Under the pieces are notes generated by a model. That model had not been told where the DNA came from, did not search any database, and was given only the letters and a program-made list of their open reading frames with translations. Below, piece after piece: positions 1 through 8,336 of a stretch of DNA of 64,000 nt. Within the stretch, counting starts at the first letter, position 1; every line of letters begins with the position of its first letter. A program made the position numbers and the translations under genes. The stretch is from contig JACKEJ010000008.1 in the NCBI GenBank assembly GCA_020633055.1, forward strand, positions 697,822-761,821, read 5' to 3'. The stretch is from Sandaracinaceae bacterium. GTDB taxonomy: Bacteria; Myxococcota_A; Polyangia; Polyangiales; Houyiibacteriaceae.

Positions 1-151
1 CCACCATTGGATGGATCGGATGACGACGAGCGAGTGACGAGGGTGTTATCGGCCGGGCTCGTTCTGAACATAGGATCAGCCATGTGCGAGGCATACCGCA
101 GGGGTGAGACATTCTTGTGACGAGGCCCGGGAGGCATGCGACAACGCCCGC

Positions 152-730
152 ATGATCGACCCGAATCACGAGAATGTGCGTCTGCTCGGACCTTTGGCTG
201 CCCTCGTGGGCGTCTGGGAGGGGGGCACGGGCGTCGACGAGGCTCCCAAGGAGCCCGAGCGTGACCAGCTGGCGGTGAGCAAGTACCGCGAGCGCCTGGT
301 GCTCGAGCCCATCGGGCGCGTCGACAACCACGAGCAGGTGCTGTACGGCCTGCGCTACTCGACCATGGCGTGGCGCCACGGCTCGGACGACAGCTTCCAC
401 GAAGAGGTGGGATACTGGCTGTGGGACGCGGCCAACAAGCAGGTCCTGCGTTCGTTCATCGTGCCGCGCGGTGTCACGGTGCAGGCGGGTGGCACCGTCG
501 AGCCCGACGCGAAGACCTTCAGCCTCAGCGCCGTCGCCGGTTCGGGCACCTACGGCATCTGCTCGAACCTCTTCCTCGAGGAGGAGTTCAAGACCGTGCG
601 CTACGACCTGACGGTCACGGTGCATGACGATGGTACGTTCAGCTACGAGGAGGATACCCAGCTGCAGATCAAAGGGCAGCCGGACATCTTCCACCACACG
701 GACCGCAATCACCTGAAGCGCGTCGGCTGA
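152..730 (+). CDS. Nitrobindin/DUF1794-type (THAP4-like) heme-binding beta-barrel protein
   Basis: ORF 104..730, first ATG at 152. The LGPLAALVGVWEG ... HEEVGYWLWD pattern resembles the lipocalin-like nitrobindin family. Family call is from motif memory only. Confidence 0.55.
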   Translation: MIDPNHENVRLLGPLAALVGVWEGGTGVDEAPKEPERDQLAVSKYRERLVLEPIGRVDNHEQVLYGLRYSTMAWRHGSDDSFHEEVGYWLWDAANKQVLRSFIVPRGVTVQAGGTVEPDAKTFSLSAVAGSGTYGICSNLFLEEEFKTVRYDLTVTVHDDGTFSYEEDTQLQIKGQPDIFHHTDRNHLKRVG

Positions 731-838
731 CCTGACGCGGCCGCCGTCCTCCATCGCGAGCGCGCGCTGTGCGCGGGGTTGCCAGCCCCATCCGAGGGTC
801 TGCGGGACCGCGCTCGGGCTGGCGCGAGGGACCCCGCG

Positions 839-1744
839 TCAGCGCGCGTCCAGCACGTACACGGCGTAGGCCCACGTGGTCGCCGCCGTGAACATCAGGG
901 CATCTACACGGTCCAGCAGCCCGCCGTGACCCGGCAGGATGTTGCCCGAGTCCTTCACACCAGCGCTGCGCTTGAGCAGCGACTCCAGCAGGTCACCCGC
1001 CTGGCCGAGCCCGCCGGCCACCACGCCCAGCGCGACGGCGTGGGGCACGGGGATGGGCAGCTTCATCACGTAGAGCGCGAAGAACGCGCCGCCCACCGCG
1101 CCCACCAGGCCACCGAGCGATCCCTCGATGGTCTTCTTGGGCGAGAGCTTCTCGTAGAGCTTGTGTTTCCCGAAGGCCCGGCCCGCGAAGTACGCCGCGG
1201 TGTCCGACAGGAACGCCAGCATCATCGCCAACACCACCCAGCGTGCTCCGAACGGCAGACCGTGCAGGAGGTCGACCGTGACCAGCAGTCCGCCAATGTA
1301 GATGGGCCCGCCGAACAGCCAGCCCGTGCGGGCGCCCGCCGTCTCGATGGGCTCGGGCCGCAACAGGCTCGCCACGAGCGCCACCATGCCGAGACCAAGG
1401 ACGGCCGGGAAGAGGTAGGCGGGGGCGAACACCACGGTCGCCGCGAAGCCCAGGGTCGCGAGCGTGCCGATGCCTATCAGGACGGTCTGGCCGGGCATCG
1501 TCATGGCCATCAGCTCACGCGCCACGATGGCGATGGCGAGGAACGCGAACGCGTGAAAGCCCCAGCGCGGCCCGTAGAACAGGAGCCACAAGATGACGGG
1601 GATGAGCGGCAGGGCGGAGGCGAAGCGCAGCGCGGTGCTGCCTAGCTTGCCCTTGGCGTTGCCTGCTTCGGAGGCGGACACGGAGTCGCTCGCCGCGGCG
1701 TCAGAAGGGCTGCTCGGCGTGGCGTCGTCTCCGCCTGTGGTCAT
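839..1744 (-). CDS. cdsA: Phosphatidate cytidylyltransferase (CDP-diglyceride synthase)
   Basis: Polytopic membrane ORF with the C-terminal signature KRSAGVKDSGNILPGHGGLLDRVD. Its start overlaps the uppS stop (ATGA at 1741-1744), the classic uppS-cdsA order. Confidence 0.9.
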   Translation of the reverse strand: MTTGGDDATPSSPSDAAASDSVSASEAGNAKGKLGSTALRFASALPLIPVILWLLFYGPRWGFHAFAFLAIAIVARELMAMTMPGQTVLIGIGTLATLGFAATVVFAPAYLFPAVLGLGMVALVASLLRPEPIETAGARTGWLFGGPIYIGGLLVTVDLLHGLPFGARWVVLAMMLAFLSDTAAYFAGRAFGKHKLYEKLSPKKTIEGSLGGLVGAVGGAFFALYVMKLPIPVPHAVALGVVAGGLGQAGDLLESLLKRSAGVKDSGNILPGHGGLLDRVDALMFTAATTWAYAVYVLDAR

Positions 1745-2631
1745 GGGGCCTCGGGAGCGGGGTGCTTGCCCTCTTGGGGCTGGATCGTGGGAGCGGCTGG
1801 CTCTGTGGTCGGGCCATTGGCGTCGGTCGGCTCCAGCGCCGCGTCGAGGACGCGGCCGAAGCGGCGCTCGCGTGAACGGAATGACGCAAACGCCTCGTGC
1901 AGCTCAGCCAGGTCGAACTCGGGCCACAGCTTGGGGGTGAAGAAGAGCTCGGCGTAGGCCACGCCCCAGAGCAGGAAGTTGCTGATGCGCTGGTCCCCGC
2001 CCGTGCGGATCAACAGGTCGACTGGCCCGACCTCGGCGGACGGCAGGCGCGACTCCAGCAGCTGCTGCGTCACGTCGGACGGCGCCAGACGACCCGCCGC
2101 GACGTCCTGCGCGATGGCCGCTGCCGTGTCCGCCAGCTCCTCCTGGCCCCCGTAGGAGAGGGCGAGCGTGAGGGTCATGCCGTGGAGGTGGGCGGTGTCG
2201 CGCTCGAGCGCGTGGAGCACGGTGAGCACACGCGCGGGGAGCTTGTTCAAGCGGCCTATGGCGCGCAGGCGAATCTGGTTGTCCATGAGCTCGGTCCGCT
2301 CGGACACCAGGTACTCGATGAGGAGCTCCATGAGGGCGCTGACCTCATGGCTCGGACGCTCCCAGTTCTGCTCGCTGAAGGCGTAGAGCGTGAGGGCGGA
2401 CACCCCGCTGCGGCGGCACTCGCGGACGATGTCGCGCACGGTGTGGCTGCCCTGGTGGTGCCCAGCAGTGCGGAGCCGACCGCGACTGGACGCCCAGCGT
2501 CCGTTGCCATCCATGATGATGGCGACGTGCTGAGGTGGGGCGTCGGGAGGGGCGGTCACGGGGTATCCAAGGTACAGCGCGACCGGATCGACACGCTGTG
2601 GGCGAAGGAACGACACGTAACACGGGGGCAT
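1741..2631 (-). CDS. uppS: Di-trans,poly-cis-undecaprenyl-diphosphate synthase
   Basis: HVAIIMDGNGRWA and YAFSEQNWERP cis-prenyltransferase motifs. The ORF extends to 2844, but the ATG at 2631 gives a more normal N-terminus. Start is uncertain because the GGAGG lies almost adjacent to this ATG. Confidence 0.85.
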   Translation of the reverse strand: MPPCYVSFLRPQRVDPVALYLGYPVTAPPDAPPQHVAIIMDGNGRWASSRGRLRTAGHHQGSHTVRDIVRECRRSGVSALTLYAFSEQNWERPSHEVSALMELLIEYLVSERTELMDNQIRLRAIGRLNKLPARVLTVLHALERDTAHLHGMTLTLALSYGGQEELADTAAAIAQDVAAGRLAPSDVTQQLLESRLPSAEVGPVDLLIRTGGDQRISNFLLWGVAYAELFFTPKLWPEFDLAELHEAFASFRSRERRFGRVLDAALEPTDANGPTTEPAAPTIQPQEGKHPAPEAP

Positions 2632-2689
2632 TCCTCCTTCAAGCACGTGACCCCGGTGATGGCGCGTGATCTCGGGGCCGGTGTGGGTG

Positions 2690-2703
2690 GTTTCACGTGA
2701 AAC
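2690..2703. repeat. Perfect 14-bp palindrome GTTTCACGTGAAAC (copy 1), about 60 nt upstream of the uppS start
   Basis: Read directly from the sequence. Its position is compatible with an operator for the uppS-cdsA operon. Confidence 0.7.
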
Positions 2704-3309
2704 TCGGCCGCACGCACCGGATCGGTTGGCCACGTCTACGAAGGCGGGGACGCGATCGCAGGTCTGCGTCCAGGGCATGGCAGGTGGTTGGACCGAGTTG
2801 ACGTGGTCGGTGCGAAGCGGATGCGAGGACGCGGACCCACACACGGGCCACTTGCTGCTGGACGCGTCCCTGTGGCCGGAGCCGTACGGCCCCCGTCGCG
2901 CCCGGTCGGCGATGACGCGCGAGGATCTTGCGGGCGGGTGACGATGACAGGGGCGCTCGACGTCCGCCTAGGGCAATGTCGAGACGGGCGCTGGCCCGCA
3001 TGGGGAGGCCTTCGGGTTTGGACGGCGGAGGTCTCGACCGCGCACGTCCAGGGAGGAGAGAAGCCGCTCGAGTCATGTGCGCGCATGGCGTGGGCGACCG
3101 GTCCCGCCCCCAGCGGACCTCAGGACATGGAAGTCGGCGCGGGTCTCGCACGTGAAGCGGGGATGCCGCCGTGGTGGTCTCGCACTGTGCGCCCTCGCCT
3201 CGTCACACGACCGCCCCACGCGGTGGGAGCGAACAGTCTGTACACCAGGCTGGCTGCGGCGGTCAGCGGACGACCGCCAGCGCAGGACTGCGGCCAGGCG
3301 CACCAAGGC

Positions 3310-3323
3310 GTTTCACGTGAAAC
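3310..3323. repeat. Perfect 14-bp palindrome GTTTCACGTGAAAC (copy 2)
   Basis: Read directly. The extended match CGTTTCACGTGAAACCTC is shared with copy 3. Confidence 0.7.
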
Positions 3324-3357
3324 CTCGTCATGTCACCCGCCATGACGCACCCGAGAC

Positions 3358-3371
3358 GTTTCACGTGAAAC
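3358..3371. repeat. Perfect 14-bp palindrome GTTTCACGTGAAAC (copy 3), 3 nt beyond the stop of the DnaJ-like gene
   Basis: Read directly. It lies 48 nt from copy 2, with a GTCATG-N8-CATGAC hairpin (3327-3346) between them. Confidence 0.7.
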
Positions 3372-3373
3372 CT

Positions 3374-4282
3374 CTACTCGAGGACGAGCCCCGCGCGTAC
3401 GTCGCTCTCGAATGCGGCCTCCACCGTCTCGAGGGCTGCCTCCAGCTCAGGAGACTGCCCTGCAGGCATCCGCACCTCGACGTGAACGATGAGATCCCCG
3501 TGACCTTCCTTCCCCGGAACACCCTTCCCCCGGACTCGCAGCTTGCGACCCGTCTGGCTCCCGGCGGGCACACCCACCCGGACGTCCCCCTCGAGCGTCG
3601 GCACGCTCACCTTCGCCCCGCGGTAGGCCTCCAGCGGCGTCACGGGTACCCTCACGTGCAGCTGCGCTCCCTCTCGCCAGTACAAGGGATGCTTGGCCAC
3701 AGCGACCTCGAGCATCAAGTCACCCGCGCCACCCGCGCCCGCTTGCCCCTGCCCTCGCAGTCGGATCTTGGCCCCATCCACGACACCCGCAGGGATCTTC
3801 ACCTTCACGCCCCGCACGTTGCCGCCCGAGTCGGTCATGGACAGCTCCCGCTCACAGCCCTGGAGCGCCTCGACGAAGCCGATCTCGACCGAACCCGTCA
3901 CGTCCCGTCCGCGAGGTGCGCGGTGCTGACCGAAGAAGTCACCGAAGTCCTCGACGCGCGCGCCGCGCCGTCGCCCACCACGCGCAGCCGCCCCGAACAG
4001 GTCGCCGAAGTCGAAGCCTGCGAAGGCCTCCGCACCGTGGCGGCGGGGGTCGAACCCCTCGCGCAGCCCATCCTCTCCGTACTGGTCGTAGAGCTTCCGC
4101 TTCTCCTCGTCCCCTAGGACCTCGTAGGCCTGCGAGACCTGCTTGAAGCGCTCCTCCGCACGCGGATCGTCGGGGTTGTGGTCAGGGTGGTACTTCTTCG
4201 CCAGCTTCCGAAACGCCTTCTTGATCTCGGAGCTGCCAGCGTCCCGGGCAACGCCGAGCACGTCGTAGTAGTTCTTTGCCAT
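3374..4282 (-). CDS. DnaJ-class co-chaperone without a zinc finger (CbpA-like)
   Basis: J-domain [11 protein letters not shown]...KKYHPDHNP...[17 protein letters not shown] followed by DnaJ C-terminal beta domains, with no CxxCxGxG repeats. ATG at 4282; the ORF-track start at 4426 is rejected. Confidence 0.85.
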   Translation of the reverse strand: MAKNYYDVLGVARDAGSSEIKKAFRKLAKKYHPDHNPDDPRAEERFKQVSQAYEVLGDEEKRKLYDQYGEDGLREGFDPRRHGAEAFAGFDFGDLFGAAARGGRRRGARVEDFGDFFGQHRAPRGRDVTGSVEIGFVEALQGCERELSMTDSGGNVRGVKVKIPAGVVDGAKIRLRGQGQAGAGGAGDLMLEVAVAKHPLYWREGAQLHVRVPVTPLEAYRGAKVSVPTLEGDVRVGVPAGSQTGRKLRVRGKGVPGKEGHGDLIVHVEVRMPAGQSPELEAALETVEAAFESDVRAGLVLE

Positions 4283-4431
4283 GACTTGGCCACAGCCTAA
4301 GTCGCCCTCTCCACAACACAAGCGGCCGCGCGGCGCCTCGCGGCACGTCGCCGCGGTGGTCGAACGCCACCCCTCGCCCCTCGGCCCTCCGATCCTTGAC
4401 CTCCCGACGAGGCCCCCGCACAACACCCCTC

Positions 4432-5589
4432 ATGTCCCTGCAGGATGACTCCCGGCGGCGCCTAGCCGACCTCGAAACCCGTGGTCTCTTGCGTCGACCA
4501 CGCGTCGTCGATGGCCCCCAGCAGGCCACTCTCCAGATCGCCCAGCGCCCCCTGCTGTGCTTCTCGAGCAACAACTACCTCGGCTTCGCCAACCACCCGC
4601 AGCTGATCGCAGCCGGCGTGCGAGCGATGCAGGAGACCGGCGTGGGTGCAGGCGCCAGCCGCCTCATCTCGGGCAACATGGCAGCCCACGAAGCCGCGGA
4701 GACCGCCCTCGCCGACTACGTCGCCCTACCCGCAGCGCGCCTGTTCTCGACGGGCTACGCGGCCAACGTGGGGAGCCTCCAGGCGCTCGCCGAAGCAGGC
4801 GACGTGATCTACTCGGACGCCTTGAACCACGCGAGCCTGATCGATGGCTGCCGCTTGAGCCGCGCCCGTGTCGAACGTTACCGCCACACGGACCTCGACC
4901 ACCTCCGCGACCTGCTGCGGGCGACCCGGCAGAGCGCGCGCCGTGCCTTCATCGTCACCGACGCCCTGTTCAGCATGGACGGAGACCTCGCCCCCCTCGC
5001 CGCCCTGCGTGTCCTGGCGGACGAGTTCGAAGCGCACCTGTACGTGGACGAGGCACACTCCGTGGGTGTCCTAGGCCCCGCCGGTCGCGGCGCCTGCGCA
5101 GCAGCGGGGGTGCGACCCGACGTGTTGATCGGCACGCTCGGCAAGGCGTTCGGCCTGGCGGGTGCGTTCGCCGCGAGCGACCGTGACACCGTGGACTGGC
5201 TGTACAACCGAGCGCGCAGCTTCGTCTTCTCCACCGGGCCCCAGCCCAGCCTGGCCGCGCAGGTCGTCGCCGCCGTCCCCCTGCTCCATGGCGCCGACGC
5301 CGAGCGCGCCCGCCTGCAGCGCCACAGCCAGCGTCTCCGCGAACACCTCCGCGCGGCCGGTCATGACGTCCCCATGCTGGCCACCCCCATCGTGCCGCTG
5401 CTCCTCGGCACCGAGGCCAGTGCGCTCACGGTGGCCGCAGCACTGCTCGAGCGCGGCATCTTCGTCCCCGCCATCCGCCCTCCCACGGTCCCGCCCGGAA
5501 CCGCGCGCCTGCGCATCGTGCCGACCGCGGCCCACACGGACGACCAGCTGGACGCCCTCATGACGGCCCTCTCGGAGTGCACCGCGTGA
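4432..5589 (+). CDS. bioF: 8-amino-7-oxononanoate synthase
   Basis: FSSNNYLGFANHP motif, PLP-lysine motif GTLGKAFG, and class-II aminotransferase length. Immediately followed by bioD. Confidence 0.85.
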   Translation: MSLQDDSRRRLADLETRGLLRRPRVVDGPQQATLQIAQRPLLCFSSNNYLGFANHPQLIAAGVRAMQETGVGAGASRLISGNMAAHEAAETALADYVALPAARLFSTGYAANVGSLQALAEAGDVIYSDALNHASLIDGCRLSRARVERYRHTDLDHLRDLLRATRQSARRAFIVTDALFSMDGDLAPLAALRVLADEFEAHLYVDEAHSVGVLGPAGRGACAAAGVRPDVLIGTLGKAFGLAGAFAASDRDTVDWLYNRARSFVFSTGPQPSLAAQVVAAVPLLHGADAERARLQRHSQRLREHLRAAGHDVPMLATPIVPLLLGTEASALTVAAALLERGIFVPAIRPPTVPPGTARLRIVPTAAHTDDQLDALMTALSECTA

Positions 5590-6260
5590 AGGGCTTCTTC
5601 GTCACCGGGACGGGCACCAACGAAGGCAAGACCTTCGTCACCCGCGGCCTCGCCCGCCACCTGCGGCGACGCGGAGTGGACGTCGCCGCACTGAAGCCGC
5701 TGGAGACCGGGGTCGACCCCACGCCTGTCGACGCCCAGGCGCTCGCACACGCCTGCGGTCGCCCCGAGCTCGCCGACCTGCCCGGCTTCTACCGCGCCTG
5801 CGCACCCCTCTCGCCGTTCAGCGCAACCATGCGCGGAGAGCCCCCCGTGCCCCCCACCAGCAGCCTGATCACCAGCCTCGACCAGGTCGTCTGCGACATC
5901 ATGCTGGTGGAAGGAGCGGGCGGCGTCCTCGTGCCCCTCGACGCAAAGCGCACCATCGCCGACCTCATCGCGGCGCTCCGCATCCCATCCCTGCTCGTGG
6001 CTCGCAACGGCCTCGGCGTCATCAGCCACGTCTGCTGCGCCCACGAAGCCCTCGCCCACCGCCAGCTGTCCATCGCCGCCGTCGTCCTGACCGAGCACGG
6101 CCCGGCCGACACCTCCCAAGACGACAACCTCCAGGCCCTCCGCGCCCTGCTCCCCACCCCCGTCGTCCGCTTCCCCAGCGCCCCCAACGACGACGACGCG
6201 CTGGCCATCGCGGCCACGGAGCTAGCCAGCCTGCTCGTTCGGAACATGTATCTCCAATGA
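5586..6260 (+). CDS. bioD: Dethiobiotin synthase
   Basis: N-terminal P-loop VTGTGTNEGKT. The GTG start overlaps the bioF stop (GTGA at 5586-5589). Confidence 0.8.
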   Translation: MKGFFVTGTGTNEGKTFVTRGLARHLRRRGVDVAALKPLETGVDPTPVDAQALAHACGRPELADLPGFYRACAPLSPFSATMRGEPPVPPTSSLITSLDQVVCDIMLVEGAGGVLVPLDAKRTIADLIAALRIPSLLVARNGLGVISHVCCAHEALAHRQLSIAAVVLTEHGPADTSQDDNLQALRALLPTPVVRFPSAPNDDDALAIAATELASLLVRNMYLQ

Positions 6261-6292
6261 TACTGCAGGATGACCGGGTCACCCAGGCGAGT

Positions 6293-6383
6293 CTGCGAGC
6301 CGCGAGCCTGCGAGCCGCGAGCCTGCGAGCCGCGAGCCTGCGAGCCGCAAGCGTGCGAGCCTGCGAGCCGCGAGCCCGCGAAC
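6293..6383. repeat. Tandem repeat, 15-bp unit CTGCGAGCCGCGAGC, about 5-6 copies with a degenerate end
   Basis: Units read at 6293, 6308, 6323, 6338 (one mismatch) and 6361, plus partial units. Intergenic, downstream of bioD. Confidence 0.85.
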
Positions 6384-6439
6384 TTCAGGATCAACTCCCG
6401 CCCCCCCCACGCCCCCACCGCACCCCCTCCACCCCGGAC

Positions 6440-6582
6440 ACAGTCGAGCCCAGTAGCCCACGCGGGGTCAGCTCCCGAGGGGGTTGGGGGGACCGAGAAA
6501 GCAAACGCAGTGCAGCTTTCTCCGGGGGCCCCGCAGGGAGCGCCTGCGCGACCGGCCCCTCGGGAGCTGACCCCGCGTGGGC
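6440..6582 (+). repeat. Structured intergenic element, copy 1: 27-bp perfect stem (6456-6482 / 6556-6582) enclosing a 73-nt conserved core
   Basis: The arms are exact reverse complements. The core (6483-6555) differs at 1 of 73 nt from the copy at 13461-13533 and contains an inner hairpin GAGAAAGC-N12-GCTTTCTC. Candidate ncRNA, REP-like element or promoter-associated element. Confidence 0.8.
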
Positions 6583-6603
6583 GATGATTTCGCTCATCGG
6601 GCC

Positions 6604-6631
6604 TTGCACCTCCCCCAAGCGTATGTAAAGT
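6604..6631 (+). promoter_or_regulatory. Putative sigma70-type promoter for tRNA-Ala (TTGCAC-N16-TAAAGT)
   Basis: The hexamers were read by eye. The -10 element ends about 33 nt before the mature tRNA 5' end. Confidence 0.4.
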
Positions 6632-6663
6632 CTCGCCTCTCGCTCACGGGCGAGGTCATCCCT

Positions 6664-6739
6664 GGGGCTATAGCTCAGCTGGGAGAGCGCTTGAATCGCA
6701 CTCAAGAGGTCATCGGTTCGATCCCGATTAGCTCCACCA
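6664..6739 (+). tRNA. tRNA-Ala (anticodon CGC), CCA encoded
   Basis: 76-nt cloverleaf folded by hand. Acceptor stem GGGGCTA/TAGCTCC with the G3:U70 Ala identity pair, anticodon stem CTTGA/TCAAG with loop AT-CGC-AC, and T-arm ATCGG-TTCGATC-CCGAT. Confidence 0.95.
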
Positions 6740-6754
6740 CCCAAGGTCCGACAC

Positions 6755-6787
6755 GAAACGCCAGCGCTCCGCTGGCGTTTCTTTTTT
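6755..6787 (+). terminator. Rho-independent terminator after tRNA-Ala
   Basis: Stem GAAACGCCAGC / GCTGGCGTTTC with a 5-nt loop, followed by a T6 run. Confidence 0.85.
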
Positions 6788-6822
6788 GTCGGCTCCCACC
6801 CCACGGGGCGTAGCCTCGGGTG

Positions 6823-8199
6823 ATGAACAGCGCGCCCCTCCCACAGAAGCCGTTCGTCCTGGCCGGCGTGCTCCTCGCCGTCGCCAAGGTGGCCCTCGAC
6901 TACGCCGTATCCGCCGCGTTCGGTCAGACCTGGAGCCCCCTCTACTACGTCAGCCCGGTCGACGCGCCCTTGTTCCACCCTGGAGACAACCTCCGGTACT
7001 ACGCGGCCCTCTGGGCCTCGGCCATCCCCTTTCTCGCGGTGGGCATGTGGCTCTCGGCGCGCCGCCTGCGGGACGCAGGCGCGCCGGCTTGGATGGTGCT
7101 GCTCTTCGTCGTCCCCTTCGCGAACCTGCTCTTCTTCCTGGCGCTCTCCGTCCTGCCCACCGCCAGCCAAACGACCGCTGACGCGGTCGCGGGCACGGAC
7201 GCCACCCCTGCGCCACCCCCATCCCCCGACGGGCCGCCGCGAATGAGCGCCGGCGCAGCGCTGGCGCTCAGCACGCTGGCGGGGGCCACGATCACCCTCG
7301 GCTCGCTCGGCGCATCGGTCGGCCTGTTGGGCAACTACGGTGCGCCCCTCTTCATCGGCGCACCGCTCTTCTCCGGCTTCGCGACCACCATGCTCTTCGA
7401 CCAGCTGCACGGCGTTCGTGCACACCGCGGCCGCGCGTACTCACTCGGGGCGTCCATCGCGGCGCTGATGGTCAGCTTCGTCGTGCTGCTCGCCTTTGCG
7501 CTCGAAGGGCTCATCTGCCTCATGATGGTCTGGCCGCTGGCCGCCACGACCACCCTGGTGGGCCACCAGATCGCATTCGCGTTGCGTAGCCAGATCCGCG
7601 ACGCCAACGGTCGCTGGGCAGCGCCCTCCCTGTTGCTGCCGATGCTGCTCGTCGCCGAGGGCATCGCGCCGCCACCATCCGAGACCTACATGGTGGAGAC
7701 CGTCGTCGAAGTCGCCGCACCGCCAGAGGTTGTCTGGGAGCACGTCGTCGCATTCCCGGAGCTCCCGCCGATCGAAGACTGGATCTTTCGTGTCGGCGTG
7801 GCGGCACCCACTGGCGCGCGGATCGAAGGCAGCGGCGTCGGCGCGATCCGCCGCTGCGAGTTCACGACGGGCGAGTTCATCGAACCCATCGAGGTGTGGG
7901 ATCCCCCGCGTGAGCTGGCCTTCGGCGTCGAGGACATGCCGGACCCGATGCGCGAGATGTCCCCCTACGACATCCGCCCGAGACACCTCGATGGCTACTT
8001 CCGCACCACGGCGGGGCGCTTCCTCCTGGAGCGCACCCACGATGGACACACACGTCTGCGGGGACGCACCTACTACCAGCTCGACATGATGCCCACGGCA
8101 TACTGGAAGCTGTGGGCGGACGACATCGTCCACCGCATCCACCTCCGCGTGCTGCGCCACGTCGCGCGCCTGTCCGAGGACGCCGCCGCACAGCGCTGA
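6823..8199 (+). CDS. Membrane protein fusing a DUF805-like N-terminal region to a C-terminal SRPBCC (START/polyketide-cyclase-like) domain
   Basis: N-terminus has YYAALWASAIPFLAVGMWLSARRLRDAG (DUF805-like), followed by several TM segments. The C-terminal roughly 170 aa begin VETVVEVAAPPEVVWEHVVAF, typical of SRPBCC domains. Confidence 0.6.
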   Translation: MNSAPLPQKPFVLAGVLLAVAKVALDYAVSAAFGQTWSPLYYVSPVDAPLFHPGDNLRYYAALWASAIPFLAVGMWLSARRLRDAGAPAWMVLLFVVPFANLLFFLALSVLPTASQTTADAVAGTDATPAPPPSPDGPPRMSAGAALALSTLAGATITLGSLGASVGLLGNYGAPLFIGAPLFSGFATTMLFDQLHGVRAHRGRAYSLGASIAALMVSFVVLLAFALEGLICLMMVWPLAATTTLVGHQIAFALRSQIRDANGRWAAPSLLLPMLLVAEGIAPPPSETYMVETVVEVAAPPEVVWEHVVAFPELPPIEDWIFRVGVAAPTGARIEGSGVGAIRRCEFTTGEFIEPIEVWDPPRELAFGVEDMPDPMREMSPYDIRPRHLDGYFRTTAGRFLLERTHDGHTRLRGRTYYQLDMMPTAYWKLWADDIVHRIHLRVLRHVARLSEDAAAQR

Positions 8200-8336
8200 C
8201 CAACCGCGCCACCACCAGCGCGCGCTCGTCGACTCCAAGGCCCCTTCCACGAGCCTCGCCGCACGGGCCACGGGACGGAATGCGAGAGGCCCGCCGACAT
8301 ACGCCGCGGGCCCCTGCTCACACGCACTCGGACAGC

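Noticed and set aside
2693-3345. ORFs of 116-185 aa on both strands inside the uppS-upstream gap.
   Set aside because: The products are Arg/Pro/Gly-rich and implausible, the ORFs mutually overlap, and none has a motif or credible start context. The region is treated as non-coding.
3077-4117. 346-aa plus-strand ORF.
   Set aside because: It is antisense to the well-supported DnaJ-like gene and has no motifs.
6257-6628. ORFs encoding SLRAASLRAA and ACEPRACEPR repeats.
   Set aside because: These are translation artefacts of the 15-bp tandem repeat and the structured element. They are intergenic between bioD and tRNA-Ala.
6664-8199. tRNA-Ala considered as an integration hotspot flanking a genomic island.
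   Set aside because: No integrase, no direct repeat of the tRNA 3' end, and no visible compositional shift downstream.
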